Source: the human T2T-CHM13v2.0 reference genome, Homo sapiens. Taken from it: a stretch of DNA of 64,000 nt. The notes beneath the pieces were generated by a model, which ran no database searches, was not told the DNA's origin, and saw only the letters and a list, made by a program, of their open reading frames with translations. Made by a program: the position numbers and the translations under genes. The stretch lies in NCBI RefSeq assembly GCF_009914755.1, contig NC_060926.1; one strand, given 5' to 3'. Shown here in pieces: positions 59,862 through 64,000 of this stretch; position 1 is the first letter of the stretch, and every line of letters begins with the position of its first letter.

Positions 59862-62019
59862 CCTGCCATATTTTAAGACAAAATATTTGCACTTCCTAAC
59901 CATGTTCTCTTCAGCTTTAACATTCTCATTCGTTTGTGCTCATTGAGAGTTCATTGATATTCATAACTAACTGTTATCAAAAGGTGGGCAGAAAATTGGT
60001 ACTGCAAAGTCAAATAGTATCCATTAGCCTACCTCTTGTTTCAATTTCCTCTACATCATTCACAGGTCAGTAAGGAAATGAAACATTATTTTTGGCTTTC
60101 TGACCTTTCTCCCCTCCTTCTATTTGTAGTTCTTGTCTGGTCCATCCGCTTTGTTCATGAGTGCAGTACTTTTCATGAGGTGGTGCTTCTGAACATTTTT
60201 GAAGAAATATATTTCGCCAGGTAGTTATTGTGGTTTCAAATTCACCAAATTATGCCAATTAATACTCCACCATTAAGAAATTTAACATACTCATATTGGT
60301 GTTTTAATAAAAATTTAATATATTTTTCTGTTGATTAAAAATTAAGACTCTCATTCCATCTATTTTATAAAAAATGATATTAAAAAGTCACCTTGAACAT
60401 GATAATTAAAAATATATATGTTTTGGGCTTGTAAGTCATTATTGTATGCCATTCCGTAATTCATCCATTCAACAAAAGTTTATTTAATACAAAGAAAGCA
60501 ATTCATGATATGGCAGGTGCACGCTGGAAGATTTTCATTACTAGGCTGGCTAGAGAGACATTCTATTCACATAGATTATACTCCCACAATGACTACCCAA
60601 AGATAATATCATACATCTCATTATTATAAGAACATGCTAGATTGGAAATTAGTTTGTCACAAATGAAAAGTTGTACTTACACCTATTTATTTTCATCATA
60701 GGAGTGTAAAATCTTCAACATGTAAAAATCTGCTACAGGAAAAGATGAAACCAAGCATTAAACTGTCCATATGGTTAATACATATGGATAACTGAACTCA
60801 CTGTGCTCTTCTATGACATGTGTTTCTGTAAGATGAATGAAAATGTGTGCAGTTGGGGAATTGGGAGTGATGTCAGTAAAATACAGAATTCATGTAGGTC
60901 CATATGGATTTTTTTCTAATGTATCAATCTGTGTGTCATAAAGAAATAGCAGTTGAAAGCAAAGTAGAAGAATTAAATGCATTAGGCCACAGAAGAATAC
61001 AGTACTGTCCATAAGCCCCTTCACACCTGATTTTTTATCTTGGCTCAGTTTGATCATGTGTTCATGTTTTGAAGTGCTTATTGTACAGTTTTCTCTGGTT
61101 ATTTACATTGTACCTTTATCTTACCTCAGAAGGCTCAAGCCTTTTTCACACCATCTTTTATCTATCCATGACCATCTTTTTAAAAGGCAAAACTTTATAT
61201 TTGCAATAACTTCTCTTTACTTATTAGAATGTAGTCTTTAAAGCTGTACTAATATTTTAAATAAGATAGCTATATTTTTGTTGGTGCTCTGGATTCAAAC
61301 AAATTTTGTTTGCACAACTCTGTTTTTTCCATAAGCCCACTTATATATACTATTCAATATTGCATATTTCAAAATTTTTAAAATTGCATACACTGTGTTA
61401 GATTTGAAATATCTCTACTGTATAACATTGAAAAAAAAGACCATTAAGTAAGTAAAATCCAAACATTTCTGAGAACAATTGGCAGTGACAGAAACATTAG
61501 TTAAGTAATGCTGTCAGTTTGGATGCCAGGCAACTTGTGAATAAAGCAAAATTCCAATGAAAAAGTAGAGGGATTTTAAAAGACATTTACATCAAAGTGA
61601 GAGAAAAATTAATGGGAAACTTTATTTCAAATGCTTCCAAATAAGTGAAAAAAATGGCTGCTAACAATACACAATCAGGAATCAAGCTGCAAGCTTTTAA
61701 AAAATAAAATACTGCATTCACAATAGCTAGACTTGAGCACATATGGAGACTTTAATTAGGTATCAATGTGACATATGAAAAATTATTTGAATGCAAAGGT
61801 CATGTTTAGGCAAAAGTAACATTGTGAAATACATTGGATTTGTGCCAGAGAAGACAGAGAAAATAAAGAAGAGCCTTTTGATTTATTTTCTTGTTCATCT
61901 ATTTATCAACTTATCTACCTATCTACTTACCTTCTCACATGTGCTCATATGCATGGCCCATAAATGTTGCCAAGCATGTTTTGATCTTATTTTATTATTT
62001 TTTTCTCAGGCTTAAGTAC

Positions 62020-62235
62020 CTATATTATTGCCTGGTGCAGGTAGAGGCTCAATAAATATTTGTTGAATAATTTAAAAACCAGTACATATATCAGTTGATT
62101 TCCTCTTTTGGAAAGATCTACTAGATTACAAGTCTTATGAGGACATGAGCAATGTCTGTCTTATTCACCATTCCAGCCCCAGGTGCCTAACATACAGAAG
62201 ATACTCAGTGAATATACAGTGAGTTAATAAATTCA
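62020..62235 (+). mobile_element. Two L2 3' ends
   Basis: 'gcctggtgcaggtagaggctcaataaatatttgttgaat' and 'tgtcttattcaccattccagccccaggtgcct...actcagtgaatat'. Confidence 0.65.
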
Positions 62236-62487
62236 GGCATTGCCTACCACATAAATCCTGAAAAAGATAGATTTTAACTTTTAAAACCAGTTTCTGTGTT
62301 GCCTTATGAGATTCCTAGACATTAGCTGAGTTCCTTGACTAATAGGACCTACATCTCTTCAGTTATATTCTGGTTCTCTATAGTAAGTTTGTCTAACAAA
62401 CACTCATGAAATAGATTGTGTCTTTTGATATCTTAAGAACTCCGCTGCCATATTCCAATAATTCGTCGTGGGTGTCCTTGAAGATAG

Positions 62488-62735
62488 CTGTAGCATAATG
62501 AATACACGTTGTGGAATTTGAATGTCTGAATTTGAATCCTATCTCTGTTCCTTGCTAGTTGTGCAAAATGCTCAAATTCTCTGCAACTCACTTTGCTTAC
62601 CTATAAAATATGAATAAAGTCATACCCATCCCAGAGGATTTCATGAGAAAAATATGAGTTAATTAACACACAAGAACTTCTCAGTAGTAAATCTAACACA
62701 TATTAAGTGATGAATAAATATGCCCTATGACTGCT
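62488..62735 (+). mobile_element. MIR SINE
   Basis: 'ctgaatttgaatcctatctctgttccttgctagttgtg...cctataaaat...atgagttaat...aataaatat'. Confidence 0.7.
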
Positions 62736-64000
62736 ACTTTTTGTGATAACATTTCCCTTTTTATTGTTATCCAAGGTAACTCCCTAGATATCTCTCCCAC
62801 ATCCACTTCTCAATCTCAGATACCTTAATCCCTTAAATCCTGCAAACTATTACTGGAAATAAACATATTAACTAATATAATATGTGACTAATCTTATGTT
62901 TAATTTAAAACTTAACTTTAGAAGATGTAATCCTCCAGATATTCCCATATATACTCACATTTAAAGAATAAATAAAAGAAGATAGTGGAAAGCAATCCCT
63001 GAAAAGTTGCTAATTTCCTTCAAATATTAAACTGTAGAGCACCACCAATTTTATTCATATTCAGAAATGTTTCCTCTTCTCCCACGCATTTTATTTAAAT
63101 GATGTATCTCTCTTTAATTTTATTATTTTTCATGCACGTGGTGACCCACATTTGTTACTGGCAATAAATTATTAATAAACAATGAGTCAGGATATAGCAG
63201 CTTTTTAGTAGTTGTTTCATCCATGTGTTTGCAATATGCTAGGTCACGCCATTTGCAGGATGTTTGTGTATTCACTAGGGAGCCATGAACAATGGAACTG
63301 TTGGAAATATCTGGCTTCGTGGTGTACTATAGAAAATGAAAAATTCTAGAGACAGCTGTGTAACATAAGCAACGGTTGGAGAAACTGCATCTAGAAAAAT
63401 GCAAGCCTTGAGCTTCTGTGTTATAAATGAACTAGAATAAATATCATGCTCTTTCCTTGTTGACTATCTAAAGTTTATTTTTATAAGATTTGGAGTAAAT
63501 GTTGCAGTACTGCAATATTTGTAAAATAATTTAGCAATGCATTCTATTTCTTAAATTATATATACATGAACACATATGTATGTATAGATACACATGCACA
63601 CACATATATATGTATGTATAGATACACACACAACACGTCTCTACTTACTTTTATTATTTTTACATACCCACTATATTTACAGAAAAAAATATAAAGGCTA
63701 ATATTACAACATGCAAAAAGAAACTAACTTTATATTGTGTTCTTTAAATACAGTTTTCTACGAAAACAAACCAGGATTCTTTGGAAAAAGTCAGATTACA
63801 AATCTGCGGTAAAAAAATGCACAAGTTTAGCCTAATATGTCTTGTTAATGGATGGAAATAAAATATCAAAAATCTATATGCTCATACATGGACATTTCTA
63901 GAGGTTGCTATGGTTGGAACTCATTGTTAGAAAGGAAAAAGCTCAAATATCTAGTCTATCCTTCCTTTGTGGATTATATTTCAGACAAATCAAATAGTGT

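Overview
Primate (very likely human or great ape) nuclear DNA, as shown by AluY/AluS and L1PA elements. It is AT-rich, CpG-depleted and has no CpG island. No protein-coding gene is recognisable: the ORFs with a recognisable protein are L1 ORF2 remnants, and the rest are Alu, simple-repeat or unassignable short frames. It reads as a gene desert or the interior of a large intron. Roughly half is interspersed repeat: about 12 Alus, L1PA/L1M fragments, MIR, L2, MaLR/ERVL LTRs, an ERVL pol remnant, Tigger3a and MER2. The most unusual feature is a 312-bp TSD-flanked, newly polyadenylated copy of an OLD decayed L1 3' end plus 16 nt of non-L1 flank, inserted into a YOUNGER L1 (34019-34362). This suggests trans-retrotransposition of a cellular transcript or an orphan transduction. 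Also notable are a 45-bp templated duplication that forms a hairpin with an Alu TSD (47931-48764), an L1 whose 5' end is fused directly to ORF2, twin-priming inversions, a close inverted Alu pair and a few candidate exons and enhancers. I found no convincing evidence for a new biological system. Subfamily calls are from memory of consensus sequences and boundaries of old repeats are approximate.
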